Shown here piece by piece: positions 14,036 to 36,695 of a stretch of DNA of 64,000 nt. The translations under genes and the position numbers were made by a program. The stretch spans positions 44,347 through 108,346 of the forward strand of contig JAHLWZ010000185.1 of assembly GCA_020536535.1 (NCBI GenBank), read 5' to 3'. The stretch's first letter is position 1. The number at the start of each line of letters is the position of its first letter. The stretch comes from Pelomyxa schiedti (taxonomy: Eukaryota; Protista; Evosea). The notes under the pieces are model-generated. The model saw only the letters and a program-made list of their open reading frames with translations, ran no database searches and was not told where the DNA came from.

Positions 14036-17000
14036 ATGATGCATGCGAACGGACTGGTTTTTTGTGTGAACGGGGAGGTGGTGAGACCTGTGTGTTCATG
14101 CAGTCATCACGTGCCTTCATTGGCTGACTTTTTGAGGGGGTCTCTTCTTCTCACTGGCACAAAAGTTGCCTGCAACAAGGCCGAGTGCGACCTCTTCTTC
14201 TTTTCCAATTTTTAATTTACTTTCTCATTCACTTGTCACAGGTGTGGGGCATGTTCTGTTGTGGTGTCGAGGTGGGACCATTGCTCGGCCAGGGCAAGAC
14301 ATTGTGTGGTCAATTCATGTGCCATTCCTCTGCCGTTGATCCACGGGTGCAATGTCACAACCGTTGAACACCTCGCTCCTGACAGGAAGCATTTGCATGC
14401 AATCCAAGAACTGTTGATCAACAATCATGGTTATTCCATCTTCTTCCTCCTCCTCCTCCGTGCTGGAACTATGACTGATCGTTTGCTGTGTTGGCTGTTC
14501 CCAGTCTGGGACTGACTTTTTTTTTCCCTCCCAGGAATACAGTGTGGCTACTGCACTCCTGGAATTGTGATGTCACTGTATGGGGCAGCAATTGGTCAAC
14601 GATGCTCAAATGTCAGTTTTTTTTTCTGTTTTTTTTGTCCATTTGTAACTTCCAAGCAGGATGTTGAGAACCTGACGGTCAATAAGGTTCACAGAGTGGA
14701 CAACATCTGTCGTTGCACGGGATATCAACCAATACTCAAAACAGAGGCACAGGTCTTCTCCCAAGAGGGCATTCAACCTCCTGCCTTTCCGGCACAATTA
14801 ATTCCCCAGAGCAGAGAATTGACAAGAGTTCACTACGGTGAAGGAGAATGGTACTGAGTGAGTTTTGCCTGTTCTTTTGCCTCCTTCGTTACATCTCTTT
14901 TTGAAGGATTTCCCCTTTCACTCTGGAAGATTTTTTAAATGAGTTATCCAGTCATCCGACAGCTCTCATTATTGGTGGTGGGACCAATTACTTCCGAAAA
15001 ATGTACAGTGGTGGGCCAATTACAACTGTCATCCACACTCACAACGTTTGTGAAATGTGTTCACTTCAGTTTGATGAAAAAGAGGTTTCTCTCCACTTCA
15101 ATAAGAAGTACGTTCCCTAATTTTATTTTCCAATACAGGGCCTTTCAATTGGTGCAGCAGTGACAATTACTTGTTTGGCTGAATTTTTACACAAAAGTTG
15201 CAGCTCACTTAGATTTTGGAAAAAGCAGAGTGTGGAAGAAATCATCACATTCCTTACAGGAATAAGGAGTCAACAATTTCGCAATGCCTCAACAATTGGT
15301 GGATCTCTCGTACAAAATTACAGACAGTCATGTTTTTCTTCCCTTTTCCTCATCTTGGGTGAGAACAAAATCTCCCACCGAAGTTCCTTTTTCAAAATCA
15401 CCACAATCAGGAGCTGAAGTGACAGTTGTTTCTCCCGGAAAGGACATCAGAGTTTTACAACTTGACACTTCCCAAACACTTGACCTCACTTTGGCACCAC
15501 TTGAGACCCTTCTGAAGATATATGTTCCGGCTTTCTCTGGTTATTTACGCACATTTTCTCAACCAAAACCCGTTGCTACCATGGCAGTTGCTGTCACATT
15601 ATCACTTGACACAAATTCAAGTATAGTCTTACCTTCCTATATAAAGAGTAAGTAACCTCTTTTTTTAGTTTCTCAATGCTCAGTTGCTTTTACTGGATTA
15701 AGTCCCCTCCCTTCCAAATCCAGCACCCTTAACAAGACACTTGTTGGGCAGCACTTTACAAATGAAGCAATCCAAGAGTGTTTGGGTGGTCTAGAAACAG
15801 TGAGTCAAAAGTCACAACAGACACAGCATTAACACCCTTTTGTAGGATTTTCCTGGAATACCCCAACAGTACCTCGTTTTTGCCCGGAATTCTTTGTTAC
15901 AAGCAGTGTCTTATTCTAAAGGAACGAGCAAATTGCACAACCTGAATTCGATTCGGACTTTTACATCTGTTGGGACAGCACCTATGGGAAGAGAATTGCC
16001 TCTGACAGCGTCTCCTTCCTTGGTCATGGGTCTTGCAAGATTTGTTGACGATTTACCGGAAATTGTATGAAAGCAATGCTCTCTAAATCCTCCTGTGACG
16101 ACTCATAGAGTGGAACCCTGCACGGGGCCTATGTCTTGGCAAAAACGGCCAATGCATTTATTTCAGGGATTAACACAACGAAGGCTCAAAATGTTGCTGG
16201 GTTAACAACAGGATAGTTGGAAGTGTCATTGGAACTTATGATTGACGTAGGTTTTTTGGGATTGTATATTTCGAAGATATTCCCAACAAGTTGCATTCTA
16301 AAGTTTTCTTCTCTTCCAGTCCTTAAAAACCTAATTGTTGACCAGATATTCGCTCAAAACGCTGTTGAATATGTGGGCCAACCAATTGCCCTTGTCCTGG
16401 CGTCTACTCGGCACCAAGCCCGATGTGCCTCTCAAGCAGTTGAAGTGCAGTACCGGAACGTATCCCCCGCTGTGTTGACCTTTCCACAGGTACTCACACT
16501 CCCTTGAAACACTTACGAAGTATTTTTATTTCCACCTCCGAAAAAAAAAAGGCTTTGCAAAAAAGGGCTTTTCTTGGTGAATCCTTAAGAATATCCAACA
16601 TGAAAGGAGAGGAACCACCACCTTCTCAGCACGTAATTGAAGGTTTCCCTTTTGTTTAATTCCGCTGACAGCAAGTCAGGAACTGTCGAGTTGGGGTCAC
16701 AGGCGCACTTCTACATGGAGACCCACAGAGCATATGCTGTCCCTAGTGGAGATGATTCCATTACAATCTATTCCAGTTCCATGGCTCCCACTGATGTACA
16801 AGCTGTAATAAGCACAAGTCTCAATCTTGAATCCAATCAGGTATGAAGTTGGAATCAAGAAGAAAGGAGCCAGTGGCTGTGGTCATATCAATTCACCAGA
16901 ACAACAGGTCATTGTAAAAGTACCTCATATTGGAGGAAATTTTGGAGGAAAGGGGTTTCGCTCTGCGCTGGTGGCGGCCGCAGCAGCTGTAGCAGCAAAC

Positions 17001-19140
17001 AAGACTCATCGTCCCGTGAAGCTCGTACTTGAAAGAGAGGAAGACATGTTAGTTGCCGGGAAAAGAGTTCCGTATTATATACACTATCAGGCGGGATTCT
17101 TGGATTCTGGCAAAATGGTATTCCTCACTCTCGACTATATGGCAAATGGGTACCTTCCGAACGAATTCATTTTACCGGCAGTAAACCTCGAAAAATAGGG
17201 GCAGTTTTGATGATGCAGGTTCAATGATACTGAAGAAGTCGATGCAACATGCAGAAAACGTCTATGACATTTTAAGCTTTCAAGTACCCCCTATTCATTT
17301 CACACATTTTTCACAACTTCTCCAGGTGAATGGAATCCTGTACAAGACCAATACGGCCCCAAATACGGCTTTTCGCGGTACAAAAAATAAGTATTTCACT
17401 TTCCTTTCTTATTGCCAGACAGGTTTTGGCACTCCACAGGCGCTGTTTGCAACCGGTAAGTCCTCCAACTTCTACTTTTAAACCGTTAGGCACGCATTTT
17501 TTTGTTAGAGCAAACCATCGAGAGAATTGCTGCTTTTCTTGGAAAGCCATCAAGTGATGTGAGGAAACTGAACTTTTACCAGGTACTTCTTTTTCAGTTG
17601 ACGTGCTTTTTTTTGTTCACAAAGAACCCCAGGATGGGGCGATCTCTCCATATGGACAACAGTTGGGAGATGTGCATATGGAGAGAATGTGGGAAGAGCT
17701 CTTCCAAGTTGCTCACATCGCGGAACGAATTGCGGCTCTCAAGCAATTCAATCTGGATAATCAATCCCTCAAAAAAGGTGCCTCCACTCCTTCCTGGGTC
17801 CAGTTTCATTTTTTCAACAGGAATTTCGGTCATTCCTTCAAAATATGGAATCGGCAGTGGTTGCACCATGATGGCTCAGGTAAGCTTTTCCCTCACTTGT
17901 CATGTGCTCATTGTCATCCGTTTTTTATGTGCTGCGAAGGCAACAGCTCTTGTGTCGATTTACGCCATTGATGGAAGCATCACCATTTACATTGGGGGGG
18001 TGGAACAAGGCCAAGGCCTTCATACGAAAATCACTCAGATTGCTGCTGCTGAACTTGGTGCCCCAATTCAGAAGGTGTGGTAACCTCCTTTCCTTGAACT
18101 TGCCACCTACTCGCCACAAAGGTAACCGTCGCACAAGCAACCACTGAGTGCACCCCCAATGCGGGTGCCAGCACATCATCCCAACAGACGGACATCAACG
18201 GGATGGCTGTGTTGGATGCTTGCAGGCAGATCAACTCGAGGTTCTTTTTCATTTCGAAGTTGCCAACATATTAACTCCATTAAACAGACTCCTTCCCATA
18301 AAAAACATTGTGTCCCCTAAGACTTCACAGATGGAATACTGGCAATCTCTGATTCACACAGCTCATTCTCTGCGCGTGGACCTTTCAGCTCATGGTCACT
18401 ATGCCACTCCTGGGCTTCATTTCAATTGGGATACAGGGTTCTTCTTCATCTCCCTTTTTTTTAATTGTAAGTACCACGCTTTAGCAAAGGTACGCCATTC
18501 CACTATTACACGTGGGGCATCGCCGCTGCAGAGGTGGAGGTGAATGTCATGACAGGAGAATACAGTATCTTTCTTCTTCCTCTTTTTTAAAAGTTGTTCA
18601 TCTTTCCAGTTCCACTGCAAGTGGACGTAATGATGGATGTTGGAAATAGCATCAATCCAGCCATTGATGTTGGTCAGATAGAAGGCGGGTTCGTACAAGG
18701 TGAGCAAATAAAGAAAATCAACAGAAATCTGCAACTAATGCTCCCAAAGGAATGGGGATGTTTACGATGGAAGAACTTTCATGGGATAAAAGCACAGGGG
18801 CTCTGCAGAACACAAACCTGCACAACTATACAATACCAAGGGCAAAGGATACACCCAGAATGTTCAACACCCATTTTTACCAAAAGAACCCGAACTCCAA
18901 ACTGGCATCATTGAATTCCTCAAGAGGCATAGGGGAGCCCACTCTTTTCCTTGGCAGCTCCGTCTTGTTTGCCCTTCAAAGTATCATTCCGAATTCCCTA
19001 TTTGCGTCGAGGCTAACACCCAAACTCTTTTGCAAAAAGATGCCACCAATGATTACCGTAAGTCACAAGGAAGAACACCTGTTTTTTTCAATTCTCCCAC
19101 AACCAGGGAAAAGCTTCTTCAGGCTCTTTCAGAGCCGTAA
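14036..19140 (+). CDS. Xanthine dehydrogenase/aldehyde oxidase-family molybdo-flavoenzyme (2x[2Fe-2S], FAD and Moco domains), many exons
   Basis: [82 protein letters not shown] and SRGIGEP. Confidence 0.92.
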
Positions 19141-19171
19141 ATACAAAAAATAAATAAACAGGAATTTTTTT

Positions 19172-28228
<9,057 letters not shown>

Positions 28229-28484
28229 GGGGCAGGTTTTTTTTTGTTTCGTTTTTCCCTTCGCTTTTTTTTTGCGAACGGGATAGCTCTCGCGAAGGAT
28301 TTTTCATCTTTAGGGATTTCTGTTTGCCGTTTTTCTATTGTAACTCTTGCTTAAAAAAGGAAAAAAAACAAAACACAGGTGATGAATGGGCTGTTGGGAG
28401 TGTTGGTGTGTCAGGTTATAGACAGAGAGTATGAGGAGAAAGGTGTGGGTGAATGATGTCACGTGATTGAAAGACTTTTTCTAT

Positions 28485-30568
28485 CTAACTCTTGCTGGGT
28501 GGTGTACCGGAATAACTATTGGCCAGCAGGGAAAGGAGTGATGCTAGTGTTGGTACAGGAGTATCTAAAAAGAGTGTGAGCAATAAACAGCTACTTTCAT
28601 TTAAGGTAATCTGTGTGTTATTAGTTTGTTACCTGGGATTGAAGACTGATTCTGCAGGTGTTGTGGTGTCGGCCGCTGTTGTGGTTGTGATTGTGATTGT
28701 GATAATGACTGTGGGTGCGATTGTGACGGTGCTAGTGATGGTTGCGATTGTTGTAGCGGCGGTTGCTGCTGTTGTTGTTGTTGTTGTTGCTGCTGCTGCT
28801 GCTGCTGTTGATGTTGACTTGCGAGCTGAAGGAGTTCTCTTTGCCGTTTTTCTAGATTCTCTTGCTGCTGCTGTAGAAGATGCAATCTTAGTTGTTGGAA
28901 AAGGATGTCAGGGGTTGCACTCTGCAAAGTAGGAGGTGGTTGTTGTTGTTGCTTTGGTAGTACTTGTTGTGAATGCTGATGTGGCGGAGGGGAAGATTGA
29001 GATTGTGGCTGCGGAGATTGTTGCCTTTGTGGTTGTGCTTGTTGGGCCGCGGGTCCTTGTGCTGGTGCTGCCCGTTCTCTTGGGGATTGGACAATTTGGG
29101 CAGGGGGTGGTTGTGTATCGTGTGGTTTGCCTTGAATTTTGAGGTGCTGAATCTGTTTCTCGAGGCCGAATTGCTGAAGCTGAGCGAGCATAACTGGGGA
29201 TAAATGCGGCGGAATCTGTGGTGATAGCTGAAATGGTTGTGGCGGGAGCTGCATTTGAGGTGCGCAAAGTGGCATTTGGGGAGTCAACAATTGCGCAGGA
29301 ATGGGGCAGAGTGGTGATGCGGACGCAAAGCTAGGACTGTTTGGAGGGGGAAACGGAGTTGGGAAAGGAGAAAGAAGTGGTAAATTGCCAAGTGCCTGCT
29401 GCTTAGCAAGGGAGTGCAAAATGGAATAAACGTAGGGTCCACATGGGGAAGGTAAATCAGTAGAAGATTTAGGTGGTTCTAGTGGAATTTGTGGTGGTTC
29501 CCGGGGCTCCACATCGATAGGAGTAAGAGGTTGTGATGAGAGTACCTTCGGGGAGCATGCTGGTATAACTGCTGGGGCGGGGGGAGTCACAGGGCGCGCG
29601 CATGTTGTGGAATAAGAGCTGTTGGTAGGAGAGCCAGGTGTAGAGAATGAGCTTCGGCCAGAATTTGAGTACGTGTGTGGTAATTTTGCCGATTTCCTTC
29701 TTGGTGTACTTTGATAAGTAGCGCCTGTTTGGTCCACAAAGTAAAGGTCTGTTCCCTTATTGCGGTATTCTTCTTTGACTGCATCCCCCCGCTGCTCGTG
29801 CTGTTTGTTGGGTTACATAAAATAAATATTTAGGGTACGTTCACATACACCAAAGATGTGCCGGGAAAAGTTATTCGTCATTCTTTGGTTGCACTGGTCA
29901 AAGAAGCACACATAATTTCCGTTTTGGTCTTTGTTAAACAGGCTTGCTCCATACCGCCCCATTTGAGCATGAAGGTCAGCTCCGGTTCCAATTTTGATAC
30001 GGCTTCCTTCGTGCTCATGGTCATGCTCGCCGCGGTCATAGTCATAGTCCAAATGTTCAGATGGGGACTTGGATACACGATGATGGCCGTCATCAGGGGG
30101 TGTTGTTGCATTCCCAGTGTCACCTGAATCAAACGATTGAGAGCGGAATGTTCTGCGCCTTTTATTGCTTGGTGAAGTTGCCGAATCCAATCCAGTAGAA
30201 TCACTAGCAGAATAAGAAGTAGTTGTAGTAGTAGCAGCTGTAGTAGCTGTAGTTGTAGAAGTAGAAGTAGTAGTTGTAGTTGAAGGAGGAGAAGAAGTTG
30301 ATGCAGAGGAATTAGTATTACTATTAGTGTTAATTGGATTTGCACTCATTCTGTCATTGCGAGGGGAACCAAGTGCACTAAATGAATTTTGAAAAGACTG
30401 GTGAGGTGAAGTTGCCAAGTGAGACTGAGACTGATGAGAATGGGAGTGAGAGCGAGAATGAGAATGAGAAGGAGAAGTTGGGTGCTGGTGTGGGTGTTGG
30501 TGAGACTGAGAACTGAAGTCGTTGTCGGACTCCAAAAGAAATGACACTGAGAGTCTGTTGTTGTCCAG
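28485..30568 (-). CDS. Putative transcription factor with one atypical C2H2 finger and S/T-, P- and Q-rich regions; start codon uncertain (candidate CTG at 30568)
   Basis: Three exons. The spliced finger is CFFDQCNQRMTNNFSRHIFG|HEQ (Cx4Cx10Hx3H). There is a polyQ tract and the stop TAG is at 28485-28487. Confidence 0.65.
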
Positions 30569-31237
30569 GTTTTTTTAAATTACTTCCACTTTGGAGGTTG
30601 GTGCAGACGTCGGGGAAAAAAAAAACCCAAGCCCAAATGGTGGTAAAAGTGTGGGTTTTGGATTTATTGGTTTATTGGTAAATTTTTGGTGAGTTTGTTG
30701 GAAGAACAAGACCAAAGAGAAGAAGCCTCGCTTCTCTTTTTTTTTTTTTTTCTTTCAAATTTTTGATGGTTTGTTTGCTGTTTTAATTTTGTAACTGAGG
30801 TTAACATAAGTTAGGGGTACGGACTTCGTCAGGGAGGAAGTGAGGTTTTGATTTTAGTCGCCCGGAGGACAAAGGGAGCAAATAATCCACTTGATACATG
30901 GATTTCGTCAATGGCGATGAGAAATCTTTTTTTTCCGCCGCGTCGCTCGTCAAGCTACCTGAGGTTTTCCCAGTCGCTTAAAATAGGCTAGCCGTGCTTT
31001 CGCCAAAAGACAAATCAACTTGTTCGGTGAAAGCCGTGGCTTCCTCTTGGGGCACATTGACCGGCCCCAAGAGGCTACTGTTCCTCTCAGTCCCTCAGTC
31101 AGCAGGTGCCCCAATTACTGCAAACTTTCTTAAAGGATTCCAAAAGATTGGGGTGGCAGCACTCCCCTGCGTGTGCGGGACAGTCTGTCTACGCTCGCGA
31201 TTAGCTACGATAATCTAACTAAAAATCGTAATAAACG

Positions 31238-33221
31238 ATGACGGACGACAGTGGGGCTGAGGGACCACAACCGGGAGCAATACTCACGACTAATGCGGAG
31301 ATCCAACACGATGAGGAGTTTGACAATAGTCAAATAACTACGGAAAGTGCATCTGATGTGAGGCGTGGTAGACTGAGAGTGGCTCTGTTGGGCACATCTT
31401 TCCTGCTTCTATTTTCTGCCTACAATGGCACGCAAAATTTACAAGTGTGGGCATTTGAAACAAATACAACCTGGAAACTTAACATAGTACCTTTGTGCAG
31501 ACAGCTGTAAACGGGAAGTTGGGTTACTGGAGTCTCGCTTGTATTTATGCGCCATTGAGCTTCTTTAATCCATTCAGTACTTATTTTTTCTGTTTCAATA
31601 CTTAATCCTTTTGAAATACCAATTTACAATTTTTTATTTCTTCGACTCCCGAAGCGCCCCTTATCCTCAACAAGATTAGTACAAAATGGGCGACCATTTT
31701 ATCAGCTACAACGTATGTTCTCTATATCGGCACCAATATTCGTATCATACCGGGTACCAATGACGCTTTCTTTTTACATCTAATCGTTCTTTAGCACTTT
31801 ATTTCATTTCGTCTATATTACTTGGGGTTGGAGCATGCATCCTCTGGGCTGCCCAAGGTGTCCTTATGTCTGGCTATTCCACTGCGGAAACAATGGTTTC
31901 TCTAACCAAAATATTATTCCTCATTACACTCTCATCGTTGTTTCCAAGGCATTCAATACGAGTATTTTCTACGGACTCCATTCGTTAAGCAATGTTTTTG
32001 GAAATGTTGCATCCTCCATTTTTTTCCGTAAGCACATCCTTGCTTCTTTACGGAAGTAACGAAGATGTTATTTCAAATGTAGAAATTGGATTATCAACAA
32101 GTACGGTGTTCATCATACTTACGTGCTTGGCTGCTGGAGCAAATGGATCATTCTTCCTTCTTTCTGATGTAACTTCAGAAGATATTTCCAAGGTTAATAA
32201 ATTGTCATTGAAAATCTCACCGCAATGCAGGGAGGAACCCTAAAGAACTTGTTACTTGCAACTATTGTACTCTTTAAGGTTGATCAGTTTATTTGAACCC
32301 GTTTCCCCATCTTTTCTTACCTAGAAAAGGATAAGAGGTTTCTCCTGATGACACCTCTTGGACTCTTCCTGTCTTTTCATAAATGCCTCTTCTGGGCAAC
32401 AGTACCGGCGTTAATTGGTTAGTGCTCATTGGCAGCTACTGAACGTGATACGTTTAAATTCAGCTCTTTGTAGGGAAAGATTATGTGGGTTTCATCATTG
32501 CCTGTGGTGGTGTTGTACTATCTCTCGGGTCATTTGTTGGAGGTCCCCTCATTAATTTGATGGGTCGCGCCAGAGTCATTCTACTGGGAGGAATATTTGG
32601 CATTTTGTCACAAGGATTACTAGCAATTGTATTGCTATTTGGAATAACGAAAATCTGGTGGTTTGCAGCCCTTGTTCTTCTTCAGGCTTGCACTGAATGC
32701 CGTATGCAACCCTTTATGTTTTATCTGTACTTATACTTTCAAAGTCTTCGAAGTTTTAGTGATGTCAACCATTGGCTTGCTGTGGCCTCAACGAGCAGCT
32801 GGATTTTCTGCGTACGTCACCTTTAAACTTCTATACTATTCTCTCACATTGAACGTAACTACAGTTGGAGGTTGTTCATTTTCTTCTTTCTCACTGTGTG
32901 GTTTATGACAGCACCCTGGATTCCTTCATGGGTTCTAGTGGTATTCTACACTAATATTCCTTCCCTTTGACAAACACAATTCAGGTGTCTGCGGTTATCA
33001 CACTGCTGCCTGGGCTGTTTGCCTTTGTGTACCTTGCCAACCATATCCCCTCCCCAAACCCACAGGCCCACAAGAAGCTCATAGAAATGACACCTACACA
33101 CACCGAAACCCACAGCAGTTCTCCCGCCGAACCCGGGACTCCCACTGCATTGCCCAAACAGGAACAGGCACCAGAACCTGAACCGGAGCAAGAACCTCAC
33201 CCCCCAACAGACACCAACTAA
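31238..33221 (+). CDS. UNC-93-like MFS membrane protein
   Basis: FLLLFSAYNGTQNLQ, LGYWSLACIY, LLGVGACILWAAQG and several further hydrophobic helices. Confidence 0.82.
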
Positions 33222-33295
33222 AATCCTTCATGCACCTTTTCAGAACCAGTTTTCTTCGCCTTTGCTGTTTCCAGTACTAACCGCCACAAAAAAAC

Positions 33296-35077
33296 ATGAC
33301 TGACGACGAACGGCACGTGGAGACCACCCCACCAAGTTGTTGTTCACTTCTTTCCACTCCCACCCTTCTCTTCCCTCCCATAACCACGCCACATCCGACA
33401 TACAGGCGTGGAAGCAACAACCTCTACCACGACGTCCACGAGCACTTCGACAGTTTCAGAATGCTCCCCAACGACGGCCGCGACATCGAGTGCGAGTCCG
33501 AGTGCTGGTGCCAGTGCCATCACGAGCACGAGCACCGCGGCTACGAAATTCCAAAGCTCCTTGCTGTTGACAGGTGAGGGCCGCTGTGAGAGAATTATTA
33601 TGGGATAGAGGGTAGGATTAGGTCCGTGGAATGCTAATATTGGGTGGGTGTTTCACCTTTATTTTGTTTTGGTTTTTTTTAGATGATCAGATAGTGGCTC
33701 TGGGTGTGCCGCGTGATCAGGCAGAGATGTATAGGCGCAAGCATTACCAGTACAGTTTCGGGATTTCTACTTGGTACGAGGCTTTGAAGGTTTGTTTGGA
33801 CTTTATCTGTTGGGCTTTTTCTTTTAACTAAAAGGTTTGAACCAGGAACACACCTTCAGGTCTTCATTTTTGTCAATCTCGTATGATGAGGCAAGAGCAA
33901 TTGTAAATAAAAACAGGCATAATGTAACTGAAGCGGAACAAGCTATCATTGATTCACTTCAAGAAAGGTAAGTTCTTCTAGGTAAGAAATAGCCCGTAAG
34001 TTGGACTACAAGACTAGAACTATTGATGAAGACCGAGTACCCTGGTGGTGCATTTATGAAACTGAACACTAGAAGCCCGAAGGATGTTCCTTTGGACCAA
34101 GACTTGGATGTACCTTACCTCTTCAAAAATACTCACTACTGAATATAAACAAGTGCAGTGATTTGGCAAAGAGCTTGGTTGAACTCTTGAATGCCATACC
34201 TCCAGAAAAACGTAACAATAACTCCGAAACAATTGCTTTTGTGAAAGCAACGGGAGACTGGATGAAGTGCCCAAATTCTAGCAAAGTTATTCAGGTCACC
34301 TGCATCGTGTCCCTAAGTATTATGTCTGACTTCTTTTGGCTAGTTGCTAGTAGAGAGTACTAGGGTGAGGGAGGATCTGTCCAAGTGCATGGATTTCCCT
34401 CCTGCTTTATTTGAAGCCAGTATCACCCTACGGGAGTGGATTCCACATGTCCCTCATAATCCTCACATGGAATTCCGTGGGTATGTCACTACTTGTGAAA
34501 AGTTTTATCGACACTCTGCAGCTTTGTTTATAAAAAGAACCTCAACGCCCTTACACAGGTAGGTTTTGGTTGCAATTTCTTTTCTAATCCTTTTTCCCCC
34601 AGTACTTGAGCTTTCTTTTCTTCCCTGAGCTTGTCGAGCAAAAGGAAGCAATACAAGCAAGAATTTGCGCATTCCATGAAGAAATAAAAACCAGAATACC
34701 GCATGAGAGTTATGTAATTGGTACACATTACCTCACTTTTCCACTGTTGCCTCTGACCACACCCGGAAGATTTCTATGTAACACCGGAGCGGGTAATGAT
34801 AATCGAGCTGAATCCCTTCGTATTTTGCCCAATCGCCGCTTAGTAGTTTCTTATTTCTTCTACCAGCATTCAGGAGCGGGGGCTTCTCTATTCAGCTGGA
34901 AAAATGACCGGGAGAAGTTCATGAATGGTCCTTTTGAATTCCGCATTGTAGAGGAACCAATCACCAACCCAGAGGAGGACCCTCTTCTCTTGGTTCCCGC
35001 AAAGTGGAGAAACTTCATAGTACAATCTAGACCGGACAAGGTTTTTCCCTCTTTCACCTTTTATTAACCAGGAGTAA
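33296..35077 (+). CDS. CDC123-like (R2K) ATP-grasp protein
   Basis: GAFMKLNTRSPKD, MEFRGFVY…NALTQY, IELNPF, GASLFSW and GPFEFRI. The stop is at either 35067 or 35077 depending on whether a final 31-nt intron is used. Confidence 0.85.
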
Positions 35078-35246
35078 CCCCAGCACAGAGTTATTGCCAA
35101 CTTATGTGAATGTATTTTTTTTCCGAGATGGTCGAGACGATTCAATTGATTGGCCAATCACGCACAATAAAGTGTAAACCAAAAATTCTTTGTTTTATCA
35201 ATCAAGGCACATTACAAAACAAACAATTAAGTCTTTGCCACGGGAA

Positions 35247-36596
35247 TCACCACCTGAACAAGTGAGTCGAGTCAGTGTCATAGAATGTTTTCGCCCTAGC
35301 AACTCCTTTCTTTGCTGCCTCTCTGATGTTCTTGATTCCCTCTTCTGGTACAAATGTTAGTGAAAACTGTGAATTGTAGTGTATTGCATGCCATAGGAGC
35401 TCTTGAAATTTCTCACATCGGGGAGCAGTGTATCACGTAGGATCCCAATCACATCCATCACTCCAGCATATGGAACAAACTCCCACCTCTTCGAGGCTGA
35501 ACCTTTGGGTCCGGATGCAGGGCCATAGGGCATCTCCACTGTTGCAAATTCAAGTGGGTTGCGTGTAACCACAGATCCGCAAGGCAGTTCGACACTACAG
35601 TTTTCCCCTGGGCGATACTCACAGAACCACCATGTCTCAAATGTAGATAAGCAGCCACGCACCGGACGAGTAATCCCTATCTTTGCATTCATCTGCCATG
35701 CGCAAACAAGCTATTTTGTTACAGAGTGAGTCTTCATTAGGGAAATGACGAGGATATACCTTAGCAATAAGTGGATACATGCTGGCTTCATCCTTAACAT
35801 CTTTCATTTCCACAATCAGGGAGATGGCCCACTTGTTAGCTACGACGTCATCAGTACACAAGGATCGCAGGACAAACTCTGATGGTGTGTTACAGCTTCC
35901 TCCCCTCTTGAGCTGTTCTTCGTAAAAAGCTAGAAGCCTGTCTGACCCACTATGGCCCGTTCCTAGTGCTCCTTGGCTTGGGCGCTGGGGCATTGGCGGG
36001 GGTGCAGCACTGCGTTGGGGTACTTGTACTTGTGTGGGAGCACAAGGCTCCACAGTCTCCTGTGATGTGGGCGTCGTACTGGTTGTTTGGGTGTGGGTCA
36101 TAGATTCCGGGTGCTCGTACTCTATCTCATCCAAACTCGATCTTTCAAGTTGAGAGCTTTCAAGGTCTGTTTTTGTTGTTTGACAGGAACTTGTTAAATA
36201 TAGATACAATAGAGGGGACCAACTTTCTGCAAAGGTTATAGAAGTAAGGCGAGAGCAGGAGGCGACAGACATGGCACGGATTATCTCCCATACAAACAAT
36301 GAACGGGGCTTCTCCACACGAGCAGCCCCCCAGTTTCCAGCGGCAGCAGTAGTGAGAATATTCTGAACAGCCTAATCTCATGTTATAAAAACAAATATGC
36401 CATATGCGTTCGCTTATTTAAAAACGTCGTAAGAACAGACCACAACCTGACGAAGCACATTGGGTACGTCCTTGTCTTTATGGTAGAGTATTTGCGGGTC
36501 AATCCTACGCACCGTAATCTCCCTCACATCCGTGACGTCGACTTTGGGGTAGATCTTGTGCAGATCGCGCTCGTTCGTAATGAAATCAAACGCCAT
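35247..36596 (-). CDS. Hypothetical protein with a divergent PD-(D/E)xK REase-like fold
   Basis: A four-exon model gives …SEFVL…LIVEMK…LVCAWQMN…VRGCLSTFETWWFCEY. This resembles the 'EAK…Q…N…vyG.vT….W.F' pattern of REase-fold proteins. Confidence 0.5.
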
Positions 36597-36695
36597 GCAA
36601 AACTACGACTATGCAATGCACACTGAGCAACAACAGCAACTCCCTCACCAACAATTTTAATTGCCTTTGGTCTTTGAGATCCACAACATCGCGCC

